Below, one piece after another: positions 50,584 through 61,389 of a DNA stretch of 64,000 nt; position 1 is the stretch's first letter; the number at the start of each line of letters is the position of its first letter. Under the pieces are notes generated by a model that did no database searches, was not told the DNA's origin, and saw nothing but the letters and a program-made list of their open reading frames with translations. The position numbers and the translations under genes were made by a program. Origin of the DNA: Nostoc sp. DedSLP01 (lineage in GTDB: Bacteria > Cyanobacteriota > Cyanobacteriia > Cyanobacteriales > Nostocaceae). The stretch is taken from contig JAVRCJ020000029.1 in NCBI GenBank assembly GCA_034530875.2, forward strand, positions 1-64,000, read 5' to 3'.

Positions 50584-50808
50584 TTATTGACAATCAAAAA
50601 GTATAACAAAGCGAGCATTAGGTATCAGTTGACTTAAAGCCAGCAAATGACCTTCTGCATCAGACCGATTGCGGAATCTAGCAACAATCACCCTTTGCAT
50701 ATTCGGAAGTAAACGCGCTATAGCCCAAGAATTCAAGCGCTGTTTGTACGCAGTTGCCTCAGTCTCTATGGAGGAATCAATATTTTGTGGCATGATTAAT
50801 TTATTCAT
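50584..50808 (-). CDS. Small hypothetical protein (W.I.RLLP.MQR..VARFR.RSDAEGHL)
   Basis: Motif I recall from small cyanobacterial proteins; upstream sigma70-like promoter. Confidence 0.75.
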   Translation of the reverse strand: MNKLIMPQNIDSSIETEATAYKQRLNSWAIARLLPNMQRVIVARFRNRSDAEGHLLALSQLIPNARFVILFDCQ

Positions 50809-50874
50809 AAGCAGTTTAGTGAAGGGCGTTAGCGAGTCTCTTGCCGGGGATGCACTAACGCTTCTTCAATCATG

Positions 50875-50932
50875 ATTAAAGTGCAAATCATTATTAATTG
50901 TCAATACTTAACGCTAAAGCTTAACGGTAAAG
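50875..50932 (-). promoter_or_regulatory. Leftward promoter TTGACA-18-TTTAAT with adjacent tandem operator CTTAACGSTAAAG x2
   Basis: -35 at 50899-50904, -10 at 50875-50880, repeats at 50907-50932. Confidence 0.6.
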
Positions 50933-50957
50933 AAATAGATAATAGGTCTAGTCAGCT

Positions 50958-51182
50958 ATGGATTTGAGAGCCTTGAGAGAACGTGCAGGGCTGATAGTCT
51001 TAGACGTAGCAAAAGAGCTAGACTGCGCGGAATCTTCAATTCGCAACTGGGAAAAGGGTAGAACAACGCCAAAACTAGAGATATGGCAAGTATTTCGCTT
51101 GCGGGATTTGTATCAATGCACAGAAGAAGAACTAGTGCAAGCAGTCAAGGAGTCAATGCTAATTCAACAAACAAAGCCTTGA
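50958..51182 (+). CDS. XRE/Cro-like HTH regulator
   Basis: LRERAGL...VAKEL...SIRNWEKGRTTP. Confidence 0.9.
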   Translation: MDLRALRERAGLIVLDVAKELDCAESSIRNWEKGRTTPKLEIWQVFRLRDLYQCTEEELVQAVKESMLIQQTKP

Positions 51183-51219
51183 CCTTAATTTCTAATTTAA
51201 ATAAATAATAAATATCCAG

Positions 51220-52512
51220 ATGAATCAACAATTAGAACTACCATTTAATAATTTCTCTTTTGATATTTGTAATTCCTTTGATAGTTCATCTACATTCATC
51301 GATAACATGAAATTGCCAGTGCATCGATGGTTTAGATATAGTGCGGGTTTCTCTGCACAATGGGTAGAAACTATAATTACTCAATTCAAAGAACGAGGAG
51401 AAACTACTGTCTTAGATCCATTCGCTGGTTCTGGTACAACCTTACTTGTATCTGAGAAACTTGGAGTTCAATGTTTTGGTATTGAAGCTCATCCCTTTGT
51501 TGCACGTATAGCAAGAGCTAAACTTTTATATCAAACTGACGCTGATGCCTATGTTGAACATATAACAAAGGTAATAAAACGTGCTGAAAATCTGAAAGCT
51601 TGTATAGATACATATCCAAAATTAATTCATCAATGTTTTAGTCTATCTTCTCTTGAATCTTTAGATAAATTTCGCCAAGCTTGGGAAGAATTTGCTGATG
51701 ATTCATCTCAATCTCAATTAGCTTGGTTAACGCTGATATCGATTCTTCGTCATGTTTCTCATGCTGGTACTGCACCTTGGCAATACATTTTACCAAACAA
51801 AAAGAAACAATCTTTTTTAGAACCAATGTCTGCTTTTAGACTAATGTCAGAGATAATGGCTACAGATATGAGAATTGTAGGAAAAATGGCAGCTGCTACT
51901 GCGACACTTATTCAATCTGATGCTCGTACTTGCCAAGGTATACCCGATAATTCTGCCAATTTAATAATTACCTCACCACCATACGCTAACAACTATGATT
52001 ATGCAGATGCTACACGTCTCGAAATGTGTTTCATGAAAGAAATTTCTGGTTGGAGTGATTTACAAAGTACAGTGAGGCAATATTTAATTCGTTCATGTTC
52101 GCAGCATGTCACAAATAAAAATGTAAACTTCGATGAAATTCTAGCATCTCCAGAACTAGAACCACTTAAACCTAGTATTATTGCAACCTGTCACCAGTTG
52201 TTCAAAGAAAGAAATTTACATGGCGGTAAAAAAAATTATCATTTGATGATTGCTTGCTATTTTTTTGATATGTCTAGAGTTTGGACAGCACTTCGCAGAG
52301 TATGTAAAACTCCTGCAACAATTTGCTTTGTCATTGGTGATTCTGCTCCCTATGGTGTTTATATTCCAGTGATTGAATGGATGGGTCTATTAGCACAAGC
52401 AGCAGGATTTAAATCTTTTGAGTTTGAGAAAATACGTGACAGAAATATAAAGTGGAAAAATCGTAAGCATACAGTTCCTCTTTGTGAAGGCTGTTTATGG
52501 GTTCAAGGATAA
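51220..52512 (+). CDS. DNA amino-methyltransferase (probably N4-C, alpha-type motif order)
   Basis: DPFAGSGTT (motif I) precedes TSPPY (motif IV). Confidence 0.9.
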   Translation: MNQQLELPFNNFSFDICNSFDSSSTFIDNMKLPVHRWFRYSAGFSAQWVETIITQFKERGETTVLDPFAGSGTTLLVSEKLGVQCFGIEAHPFVARIARAKLLYQTDADAYVEHITKVIKRAENLKACIDTYPKLIHQCFSLSSLESLDKFRQAWEEFADDSSQSQLAWLTLISILRHVSHAGTAPWQYILPNKKKQSFLEPMSAFRLMSEIMATDMRIVGKMAAATATLIQSDARTCQGIPDNSANLIITSPPYANNYDYADATRLEMCFMKEISGWSDLQSTVRQYLIRSCSQHVTNKNVNFDEILASPELEPLKPSIIATCHQLFKERNLHGGKKNYHLMIACYFFDMSRVWTALRRVCKTPATICFVIGDSAPYGVYIPVIEWMGLLAQAAGFKSFEFEKIRDRNIKWKNRKHTVPLCEGCLWVQG

Positions 52513-52548
52513 GCTAATTACAGCACAGATTATTTTTGTATAAGTTTA

Positions 52549-53412
52549 ATGGCACAGTCATTTTCACATAAATGGGGTCAGATTATAGGAAATCTCATCC
52601 AAGAATTGATTCGTGAGACACTTCAGCAAATAGCTGATGAACATGGTTTTTATTTAGACTATCAAAGAAAACGTAAAGTACGAATTAGTAAAAAGGTATC
52701 ATGGCAGGATCGCTATGGTAACTTTCATGACCTTGATTATGTAATGGAGAGAGGAGGTAATGAAGATACCCTTGGTCTTCCAGTAGCATTTATTGAAACT
52801 GCATGGCGACGTTATACTAAGCATTCTAGAAATAAGGTTCAAGAAATTGAAGGAGCGCTTATTCCTCTAGCAGACACCTATAGTCACCTTAACCCATTTT
52901 TAGGTGCGATTCTGGCAGGTGTGTTTACTCAAGGGGCACTAGATCAATTAGAATCTAAGGGCTTTAAAATTCTTTATTTGAAGTATGAAAATGTCGTTAA
53001 ATCATTTATATCTGTAGGCATAAATGCATCTTTCACTGAAAATACATCAGAAGTAGAGTTTGAAAGCAAAATTGAACAATGGAATCAACTATCAACATTA
53101 GATATTACTAATATCAAAAATCAAATTCTTACTTTAGAAAAATCTCAAATAGATAAATTTATCAATACCTTAGTTCAATCGTTTGCTAGACTCGTCCAAC
53201 AAGTAAATGTTATTATACTACATGGACTATCTCAACAAATTAGCACTATTAATAATGCCATTGAATATATCCATAATTATTCAGATAATCAACCTACATT
53301 TGCACCAGCCCTAAAGTACGAGATTGAAATTCGTTATAATAACGGCGATATAATTCATGCAATCTTTCAAAATAAGGTTGAAGCACTCAAATTTCTGAGA
53401 ACCTTTATTTAA
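52549..53412 (+). CDS. Putative Type II restriction endonuclease
   Basis: Follows the MTase; DLD...FIETAWRRYTKH resembles a PD-(D/E)xK variant; AT-rich. Confidence 0.7.
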   Translation: MAQSFSHKWGQIIGNLIQELIRETLQQIADEHGFYLDYQRKRKVRISKKVSWQDRYGNFHDLDYVMERGGNEDTLGLPVAFIETAWRRYTKHSRNKVQEIEGALIPLADTYSHLNPFLGAILAGVFTQGALDQLESKGFKILYLKYENVVKSFISVGINASFTENTSEVEFESKIEQWNQLSTLDITNIKNQILTLEKSQIDKFINTLVQSFARLVQQVNVIILHGLSQQISTINNAIEYIHNYSDNQPTFAPALKYEIEIRYNNGDIIHAIFQNKVEALKFLRTFI

Positions 53413-53449
53413 GGTACTAATAGAATAATTTGTAATTTGTAATTTATTA

Positions 53450-55168
53450 ATGACGAACGTTACACCCGCCATTGTAGTTTTAGGTCAAAATAGCGTGGCA
53501 GTAGCACGCAAAATAATCAGTGTCCTACCAGGAACGACGTTATACGGTTTGGAGGGTCGCACGTCTGGAGTTGATGTCAGCTTCAACAATTTTGGCGAGA
53601 CGGTGCGCGAATTATTTGCTCAGGGAAGGCCGTTGATTGGGATTTGTGCAGCTGGTATTTTGATTAGGACGCTAGCTCCAATGCTCTGTGACAAACGACA
53701 GGAACCACCAGTGTTAGCTGTGGCTGAAGATGGTAGCGCTGTTGTCCCTCTGTTGGGCGGACTTGGTGGGGTAAATGATTTGGCACGCCGCATTGCTCAA
53801 GCCCTTGATGTTAAACCTGCAATTACCACCACAGGCGATTTACGGTTGGGTACGGCGCTGTTGTCTCCTCCCGCAGGATACCATTTAGCAAACCCAGACG
53901 ATGCGAAAAAATTTATCTCAGATTTGCTGGCTGGGGCGCAAGTCAAGCTAGAAGGTGCTGTACCTTGGTTGAATGATAGCAAACTGCCTATAGATGCAAA
54001 TGGAGATTTGATTATCCAGGTTACAGAACGTTTGGTGACTCCTAAACCTAACTGTCTTGTCTACCATCCGGCAACGATCGCGATCGCCATTGATACTATC
54101 ATCGATCCAGACCAAACACTAGCTTTAATACACCAACTATTAGCCGATGCCGCACTCGCAAGAGCATCAGTAGCAGGCATATTTGCACCCATCACCGCCC
54201 CTACAGCGATCCATGCCGTCGCTAGCGCCTTGAAAGTGCCTGTTCGCTTTTTTACCTCAAATCAGCTAGAAAATTGGCTTTCCCAAGGTTATAGCCCCGC
54301 CCAAGCCGCAGCCATCGCTGCTACAGGCACACCTCCTATATCTTTTTCCGGTCATATTGCGATCGCCATTGCCCAACAGCCAATCGACCCCAATACCATC
54401 GGTCAGCCACGCGGACGGTTAGCAATTATTGGCACGGGGCCTGGCGCTCAAGAGTGGATGTCTCCGGAAGTCAAGGAAATACTCAAGTCGGCAACTGATT
54501 TAGTCGGTTACAAAACTTACTTGGATTTAATCGGTTCTCTCGGTGATGGCAAGCAACGGCATGAGTCCGACAACCGCGAAGAAGAAGCACGGGCAAAAAT
54601 GGCACTCGATTTAGCTGCTTCTGGGCGATATGTAGCCGTAGTTTCATCTGGCGACCCCGGTATCTATGCAATGGCAACAGCGGTTTTTGAAGTATGCGAT
54701 CGCTATGCTAAACCGGAATGGGAGAGTATCGACATTCATGTGGCACCAGGCATCTCAGCAATGCAAGCAGCCGCAGCAGCAATTGGTGCACCTCTGGGAC
54801 ATGACTTTTGTGTAATTTCCCTTTCCGACATCTTAAAGCCTTGGTCGGCGATCGCCCAAAGAATTGCTGCTGCTGCCGAGGCTGATTTTGTCATTGCTTT
54901 CTACAATCCTGTTTCCAAAGACCGTACTTGGCAACTGGCAGAAGCGAGAGATATTTTATTGCGATATCGAACGCCGGATACACCAGTAATTTTAGGACGA
55001 AATCTAGGCAGACCAGGACAAGCTGTAAAAGTAATAACACTTGAGGAGTTAGCACCAGCTACCGCCGATATGCGGACAGTTATTATCGTCGGTTCCACAA
55101 AAACTCGAATTATCAAGCGTGGCGATGGTAGGATTTGGGTTTACACGCCGCGTCGGTATACGGAATAG
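53450..55168 (+). CDS. cobJ: CbiG-CobJ fusion, precorrin-3B C17-methyltransferase
   Basis: CAAGILIR, EPPVLAV, GTGPG, SSGDPGIY, GHDF, TPRRY. Confidence 0.93.
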   Translation: MTNVTPAIVVLGQNSVAVARKIISVLPGTTLYGLEGRTSGVDVSFNNFGETVRELFAQGRPLIGICAAGILIRTLAPMLCDKRQEPPVLAVAEDGSAVVPLLGGLGGVNDLARRIAQALDVKPAITTTGDLRLGTALLSPPAGYHLANPDDAKKFISDLLAGAQVKLEGAVPWLNDSKLPIDANGDLIIQVTERLVTPKPNCLVYHPATIAIAIDTIIDPDQTLALIHQLLADAALARASVAGIFAPITAPTAIHAVASALKVPVRFFTSNQLENWLSQGYSPAQAAAIAATGTPPISFSGHIAIAIAQQPIDPNTIGQPRGRLAIIGTGPGAQEWMSPEVKEILKSATDLVGYKTYLDLIGSLGDGKQRHESDNREEEARAKMALDLAASGRYVAVVSSGDPGIYAMATAVFEVCDRYAKPEWESIDIHVAPGISAMQAAAAAIGAPLGHDFCVISLSDILKPWSAIAQRIAAAAEADFVIAFYNPVSKDRTWQLAEARDILLRYRTPDTPVILGRNLGRPGQAVKVITLEELAPATADMRTVIIVGSTKTRIIKRGDGRIWVYTPRRYTE

Positions 55169-55265
55169 AGCGAACAAGTAAGATTTTTGATGTGTTGCAA
55201 AGATTTTTTCACGCAGAGCCGCAGAGGCGCAGAGAGGATAAACAGTTTTGGATTAATAGAATTGG

Positions 55266-55432
55266 TATACTTATATCTTGCACCAGGCGACTGGAAGTCG
55301 CGGTTACACAGGCAAAACCCGCTTGCCTTGGGTTTCAAACCCTTGATTTTGCGTTAGTCCGCGCACCATCCGGACTTCGTTTGTATAGCCGCGATTTCTA
55401 ATCGCTAGGGCTAGGTGCAAGATGTGAGTATA
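55266..55432. mobile_element. MITE, about 165 bp
   Basis: TIRs TACTTATATCTTGCACC / GGTGCAAGATGTGAGTA; TA flanks; internal inverted repeat. Confidence 0.8.
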
Positions 55433-55571
55433 TGAATTATTGCTGAGAAAGTAGTGAAAAGTATGTGGTAAATTCCTGGAAATTTTTCATCTAAGCTTTA
55501 TTTTTTCATCACCTAAGAGGTGCTAAGTGTCGGCATACTAAGAGCAGTTTACAAAAGTAACCTTTACACCT

Positions 55572-56987
55572 ATGCAGCAGGCATCTCATCCCACAGTCAT
55601 CCTGGGTGGTGGCTTTGCTGGACTGTTTACAGCGGTGCATTTAAGCCATCAAAATTACTCGCATCCAATTATTTTAATTGAGCAACGCGATCGCTTTAGT
55701 TTCAAACCTTTATTGTATGAACTCTTGAGCGCCGAATTAAACAGCACGCAGGTTTACCCCCGCTACAAAGACCTTTTGGCTGGTAGTGGTGTAACTTTTG
55801 TGCAGGATACTGTGAAATCAATCGATTCATATCAACGCAGAGTTACCTTAGCATCTGGAAAGGTTTTTGATTATGGCAATTTAGTATTAGCACTGGGTAG
55901 TAAAACTACTTACTTCAATACTCCCGGTGCGGCGGAATATGCTATGCCATTTACCTCTGGGGAAGAAGCGATCGCTTTGCGAAAACACTTGCGACACAGG
56001 TTGTATCAAGCAATCCAAACTCAAGACTCAGAACGTCGTCGGCTACTGCTAACTGTTGCCATCATTGGCGCAGGGCCGGCTGGCATTGAATTGGCTTGCA
56101 CTTTAGCGGATTTATTACCTATTTGGTATGACGAGTTAGGCGGCGATGCTGATGAAATTCGAGTTGTGCTGGTTAACCGCAGTCGGGAAATCCTCAAAGG
56201 AGATGTGAATAGTCATTTGAAGTGTACAGTCCAACGGGCGCTAAAACGTCGAGTGGTTCCTGTGGATTTCCTATTTGATGCGGCTGTCACCAAGATTCAT
56301 GCAGATGGTGTGGAATATCGCCAACAGGAGCAAACCCAACTTTTACCAGCTGGAACAATAGCTTGGACTGCTGGAACTGCTCCCAATCCTTTAGTGATGG
56401 ATTTACCAGCGCCAAACAATCGCGGGCGGTTGGTGGTGACACCAACATTGCAACTACCTCATTTTCCCGAAATCTTTGCAGCTGGAGACTGCGCCGCAGA
56501 TAGCGATAATCCCCAACCAACCACGGCCCAAGTTGCTTATCAACAAGGAAAAGCGATCGCTCGCAACCTCAAGCTGCTTGAGGAAGGCAAACCCGCCATC
56601 CCCGTACAAATCCAAATGCGCGGTACTTTGATGAAACTGGGACTTAATGAAGGTGTTGCTAACTTATTTAATAAAGTCCAGATTAAAGGCCAGGCGGGTC
56701 ATCTGATTCGGGAAGCAACATATTTACAACTCCTGCCAAACTCTGCACATAATCTCAAAGTCACAACCGAGTGGCTGACTGAAGAATTATTCCGACGCGA
56801 TCGCCCTTTTTCTCATATCCAATTAGCACAGACTCCTTGGCTGTATGGAGTTGCAACCCTTGCAGCCGGGCTGATTTTAGCAACTCCCCTCGTCTGGCGG
56901 GCTGCTCAACCGATGCAATTTCAACAAAACTTGAGTTGGACAGGTGTACCCACTTTACTAGATCGCCTTGCACCCCCTTCTCGTTAA
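55572..56987 (+). CDS. NDH-2-like NAD(P)/FAD oxidoreductase with C-terminal TM extension
   Basis: GGGFAG, FKPLLYE, GAGPAGIE, AAGD, AQVAYQQG. Confidence 0.9.
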   Translation: MQQASHPTVILGGGFAGLFTAVHLSHQNYSHPIILIEQRDRFSFKPLLYELLSAELNSTQVYPRYKDLLAGSGVTFVQDTVKSIDSYQRRVTLASGKVFDYGNLVLALGSKTTYFNTPGAAEYAMPFTSGEEAIALRKHLRHRLYQAIQTQDSERRRLLLTVAIIGAGPAGIELACTLADLLPIWYDELGGDADEIRVVLVNRSREILKGDVNSHLKCTVQRALKRRVVPVDFLFDAAVTKIHADGVEYRQQEQTQLLPAGTIAWTAGTAPNPLVMDLPAPNNRGRLVVTPTLQLPHFPEIFAAGDCAADSDNPQPTTAQVAYQQGKAIARNLKLLEEGKPAIPVQIQMRGTLMKLGLNEGVANLFNKVQIKGQAGHLIREATYLQLLPNSAHNLKVTTEWLTEELFRRDRPFSHIQLAQTPWLYGVATLAAGLILATPLVWRAAQPMQFQQNLSWTGVPTLLDRLAPPSR

Positions 56988-57139
56988 AGAAGCGGAGAAG
57001 TTTTGCAGCAGTTTCCAAATTCTACCAATTCTCTAAAATCTGATAACACATTCAAACCTCGAAACCTAGACCATATCCGGCTTTGTTAATTACGAATTAC
57101 AAAATATCCCAACTCAATCTCATCTTTAGGAGTCCACTC

Positions 57140-57655
57140 ATGAAATACTTACTCAATCTGCGGACGGTTGTTACTGTGAATCGCGTTATCACTGGTCTTT
57201 ACTTTTTCCTCTCTGGTATTGGTAACTATCTCAACTTCACCGTTCCTAACGGTTTCTACCAAACCGTCCTCACTCAAAAACTGCAAATAATTGGCCCTGG
57301 AATTCCACCAGGATGGGAAGGCATCGGGCCGCTACCTTGGTTAATCGCTATTCCCTACGCCTGGTTATTACCTTTAGCAGAACTTCTATTTGGTGCGTTG
57401 TTTGCTCTCAATTATTGGGTGCGTTGGACAGGTCTATTATTAATACTGATAAACTTGAGCATTACTTTAGCATTTGGTATTTTACCTGCGGGAAATTTAT
57501 TTCCGAATGGAGCAGAAAGTTTTAACAAAACCATTTTATTTATGACTTCAATCTGGACATGTATTGCTTATGAAGCCTACGAACAAAAAATGAGTCGTCG
57601 GCGCGCTCAAGCAGCAGATGATTATGCTTTGAATGCTTCGAGTAATGATATGTAA
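57140..57655 (+). CDS. DoxX-like membrane protein
   Basis: R...GL.F...G, LPLAELLFG; AGGAG RBS. Confidence 0.75.
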   Translation: MKYLLNLRTVVTVNRVITGLYFFLSGIGNYLNFTVPNGFYQTVLTQKLQIIGPGIPPGWEGIGPLPWLIAIPYAWLLPLAELLFGALFALNYWVRWTGLLLILINLSITLAFGILPAGNLFPNGAESFNKTILFMTSIWTCIAYEAYEQKMSRRRAQAADDYALNASSNDM

Positions 57656-57829
57656 AAGCTTCTTCAGACCAGTAAGATTGTTAACAGTATTCTGGCAAAT
57701 ATCGGTAATGGTTTACATCTGAGCGATCGCATTATCTAACGTATAGCTTAAAGGCTATATGATTGCGATCGCCGCAATCTTACTTAACAACCTTATCCCC
57801 TACCCCTATTCTCCACTCACTAAATTTAA

Positions 57830-58999
57830 TTAATCCAATCTTTTCAGAATAATATGTTTTTTTAAATCAAAATCAATTACACCTTCTTCTTGCAATTTCC
57901 CCATCAATCGTGTAATTGTAACTCTGGTAGTACAGCAAGCACTAGCAATATCTTCATGAGTTAAACGAACGCTTAATCGAGTTCCCTCCGATACAGTTTC
58001 ACCGATTTCCTGCTTCAACAGTTGTAACAGATAATGTAGGCGCTCTTGTACTCTGCGTCTTCCAGAAACAACTAAAAAAGATTCCGTTTGCTGTAATCTT
58101 TCATTTATTTTTGGTAAAATTATATGACTTATAAGTGGTGAGTTTGCTACGTCACCTGTCGGAATTGATATTAATTTAGTATCGGCAAGAGCTACCGCTT
58201 GATAAACATTTAGAGAAGTCAAACTACTACCAAAAACCATTCCTGGTGTTGCCAATCCTAAGAGTACTTCTTCTCCCGTTTCGCAGTAAGTACTTAACTT
58301 AACTATACCCTGGCAAACATACCAAATTATTAGTGGGTTGAGAGGAATGGTTTCTCCTTTAGGATGTTTTTCTATGGGATACCTAGCAAACAGTTCGTTG
58401 CTATTATTGTTGGCTACTGATTCTAAAGGCTGACGCTCAGAAATATTGCGTAACATCCAGCGCAGAGAGGTTGCTTTTTCTTGCGAATTACGGACAACAA
58501 GCACTGTCAAAGCTGCATCAAACAACTCACCATGACTTTGTTGCAAACGTATAGATAATTGTTTAAATGTTTCTGATTGTGATACTTGAATGAGTTGATT
58601 GCGGAATTGTTGACGTTCTTCTAGAGGAACAAAATTAATCATTTGTTTGCCCACCAGAAGATGCTTTGAAACATTAAATAATTTAGCTGCTGTGTAGTTT
58701 GCTTCTTGAATAAGACCTTCTGTATTAGTTACGAAATAGCCGTCTGGTGCATAATCAAATAAATCTTCGTAGTGTTGGCGTTCTGCTTCTAGCCAATTCC
58801 GTGTTTGTATTAGTTCTTCGTTTTGTTGATACAGTTCCTCTGCCGCTAACTGCACTATCTTTGAGGTATTATAGAGTTCCTTAAAAGCCTGTGGTAGAAG
58901 ATCTGATGGAATCCAAGGCAATACGCTAGCAGTTTGGTATAAATCTGCTAAACGTTTGTGTAATACTTCTGCGCGTTGGATAAATTTTTCTATATTCAC
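57830..58999 (-). CDS. PAS + Crp/Fnr family transcriptional regulator
   Basis: LFDYAPDGY PAS; LTHEDIAS...TRVTITR HTH. Confidence 0.9.
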   Translation of the reverse strand: MNIEKFIQRAEVLHKRLADLYQTASVLPWIPSDLLPQAFKELYNTSKIVQLAAEELYQQNEELIQTRNWLEAERQHYEDLFDYAPDGYFVTNTEGLIQEANYTAAKLFNVSKHLLVGKQMINFVPLEERQQFRNQLIQVSQSETFKQLSIRLQQSHGELFDAALTVLVVRNSQEKATSLRWMLRNISERQPLESVANNNSNELFARYPIEKHPKGETIPLNPLIIWYVCQGIVKLSTYCETGEEVLLGLATPGMVFGSSLTSLNVYQAVALADTKLISIPTGDVANSPLISHIILPKINERLQQTESFLVVSGRRRVQERLHYLLQLLKQEIGETVSEGTRLSVRLTHEDIASACCTTRVTITRLMGKLQEEGVIDFDLKKHIILKRLD

Positions 59000-59847
59000 C
59001 TTAAATTCCCGCTACTTACTTGCAGAGGTTGAGGAAAAAATCTATTAGGTAAAGACTTGGTAAAATTGCAGCTTTTCTGATTTTGTTGAGTAAGAAATTT
59101 AATTTTCATGAAGCTGCAATTGTTATTAAATTGAATTAATAACAGTACTTTGATAAAGGCTTTCGACAATTTACAACAGAATTCAGAAGCCAGAATCGGC
59201 TATCCCTACTGCTTTAACACAATTAGAATAGCCTTTTGGTCTAGCTATCAGAACCTAGCTAGCGTACTTTATTACCTTGAAATCTGGTGTATGTCTTACA
59301 AGAGTATAGATGGTTCTGTTTTTTCAATAACATATTTGGCAATTAAGCTCAGACACTCAATGTAAATTGAATTTAGAAATTGCTTAGTAAGCTTTAATAT
59401 TTTTGGCACACTATAAATTTTTTGCAAAAATGAAAAACCTATAGTATTTTGCTAATTTTTACTTCTACCTTTGGTTGGAGAATTCTGCTAGATGGGCTGA
59501 GTACGAACCCAAAGGGGATTGATTTAACATATATTGATTTGTAGGTAAATAATTAACCAACCAAAGCTCTGATTAGCAAATAAATTAAATCCTACAGGAT
59601 ACTCCAAAAATCCTAAACTTAACCTTAATTTCTGACTGTTGTTTAACCTCCTTTGTGCTGCTTTCGATGGTTAAGTACTAATGATAATTGGCTCTATCAC
59701 TACCAAACTTCCATCACAAGAATTAAGCCATTACTACTAAAGGTATACAATGTCAGTTAACTTTATTTATGTCCAAAGATAGGTTTTTTATCAAAAACGT
59801 AACTATACATATATTTGTGGTACTAACAAAATTTAAGTGTCAGTCCA

Positions 59848-59883
59848 GTAGGGTGTGTTATTGCGAAGCATAACGCACCCTAC
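59848..59883. repeat. REP-like palindrome
   Basis: GTAGGGTGTGTTAT...ATAACGCACCCTAC. Confidence 0.75.
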
Positions 59884-60022
59884 ACATACTTAAATTTTTT
59901 CAATAATCAAACCGGATTCCTAATGTACTTTTGTTGAGCAGATAGGATTAGTTAAGGATTGTTAAATATCTCTCAACCAAATTCAATGCTGCTGTAGCAA
60001 AGAATGCTCTTGCTATCTATAA

Positions 60023-60523
60023 TTAATTTTTTCGCAGATTGCTAATTGACAAAAATATTTCATCATCAGCAATTTGGCTATCATAGTCAATATTAATTTG
60101 AGTTGGATAGCCGAGTACTGGGTCATATTGTACAGTCAAGTTTGCTGCTCTACGAATGAGTGCATCCCTGATGATATCAAAGAGTTTCGGAATTGTATTA
60201 TATTGCCGAAATAGTTCTGGGTCGGCTGGCTGTTTAGTTTGTTTATAAGTAATCGAAGTTGTCATTCGATTATTAACTTTAATAATCACTGGTTCTGTGG
60301 CTTTAGGTAAACAATTGCAACTTCTAGTGAATTCATAGCGATAATTAGATATTCTTTGCTGTCTCCATAATTGGTGATAAATTTTAAATTTTTTCCAATT
60401 CAAGCTATTAGAATTTTGTGCTTGTACTATCTGTGTAGGAGGTACAGATATCGCGGGTGCATTCAAACCCAAAAATAGTAATAAGGAACTACTAATTGCA
60501 ATTAGCGATCGCATATAAATCAA
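60023..60523 (-). CDS. DUF6174-like secreted protein
   Basis: Signal peptide, CNC, YDPVLGYP..I.ID...DDE. Confidence 0.8.
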   Translation of the reverse strand: MIYMRSLIAISSSLLLFLGLNAPAISVPPTQIVQAQNSNSLNWKKFKIYHQLWRQQRISNYRYEFTRSCNCLPKATEPVIIKVNNRMTTSITYKQTKQPADPELFRQYNTIPKLFDIIRDALIRRAANLTVQYDPVLGYPTQINIDYDSQIADDEIFLSISNLRKN

Positions 60524-60631
60524 ATCTCTTGTTAACTACAATTTTTCAGTTTAACGTGCTTCAAGATAGTTCTGAAAATCTTGAAATTATTTGTGACACT
60601 TAAAGCTGGCAGTACAAATTTTAACCTAATA

Positions 60632-60799
60632 TAAGAAGATGTTAGAAAGGTATTTTTGGTAACATCAACGCTTTCCAAGCTAACCTCCGTAGCCTCCCTT
60701 GATTATCAGGAAACACGGATTTCAAATCCTCTCTCTGTAACGGAGAGTCATGGAAGCAAGATTTACAGTATACTTTGCGACTTTTCAAACATCCTCTCA
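60632..60799. mobile_element. Degenerate MITE
   Basis: Imperfect TIRs TAAGAAGATGTTAGAAAG / CTTTTCAAACATCCTCTCA. Confidence 0.6.
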
Positions 60800-61389
60800 G
60801 ACTACCCAAAACAGCCACTAGCCGAACTACTACGGAGGAAATTGCAAAATATACTCTATAGTTTAAAACTAAGTGTATATAGAAACACAAATAAATTTAA
60901 CAATTATTCGTTTCTTTAGTTAGAGGATAAATGAACTATTAAGCTGGTGTAATTTAACAATACGTAACAGCTTATCAACGCGCAAATTACTTGGAGTGAT
61001 GGATGAGGTGCAAACAAAATCAAATCTCTTCACTCCTTTTTATCTTTTGTTATTACTCTCATCAAATAAAAATCAGAAATCTAGATTTTTGAACTACTAG
61101 AAGTAGGACTTACGCACTGAAACCTGAAACATATAGCAGTTTTGATTTGTATGAGGTACAGAGTTAATGGTTTTGAGGCAGGAGGCAAAAGAAGAATTTC
61201 TGTATTCAATGTTTCTAACCGCCCCTTTCGCGTTAAGTTGACACCAAGGCACATTGCCTCTACCCCAACCCAACAAGTTAAGCTTGCTGCGCTACTTATA
61301 CATATTTTTATTTTTTCAGAGTAAAAATTATTAGTCATTAGTCAAACTTTGTGGTATGGTGTCTGGTTGAACATAACCACTCAAGTTAA

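Noticed and set aside
50467..53450. Prophage or integrative element around the RM genes
   Set aside because: No integrase, att repeats or phage genes found.
59000..60020. Long intergenic region and ORF 59150-59365
   Set aside because: AT-rich, weak start and no protein-like features; probably promoter DNA plus a REP element.
60642..61338. Short ORFs 60642-60919 and 61081-61338
   Set aside because: They coincide with MITE and repeat remnants.
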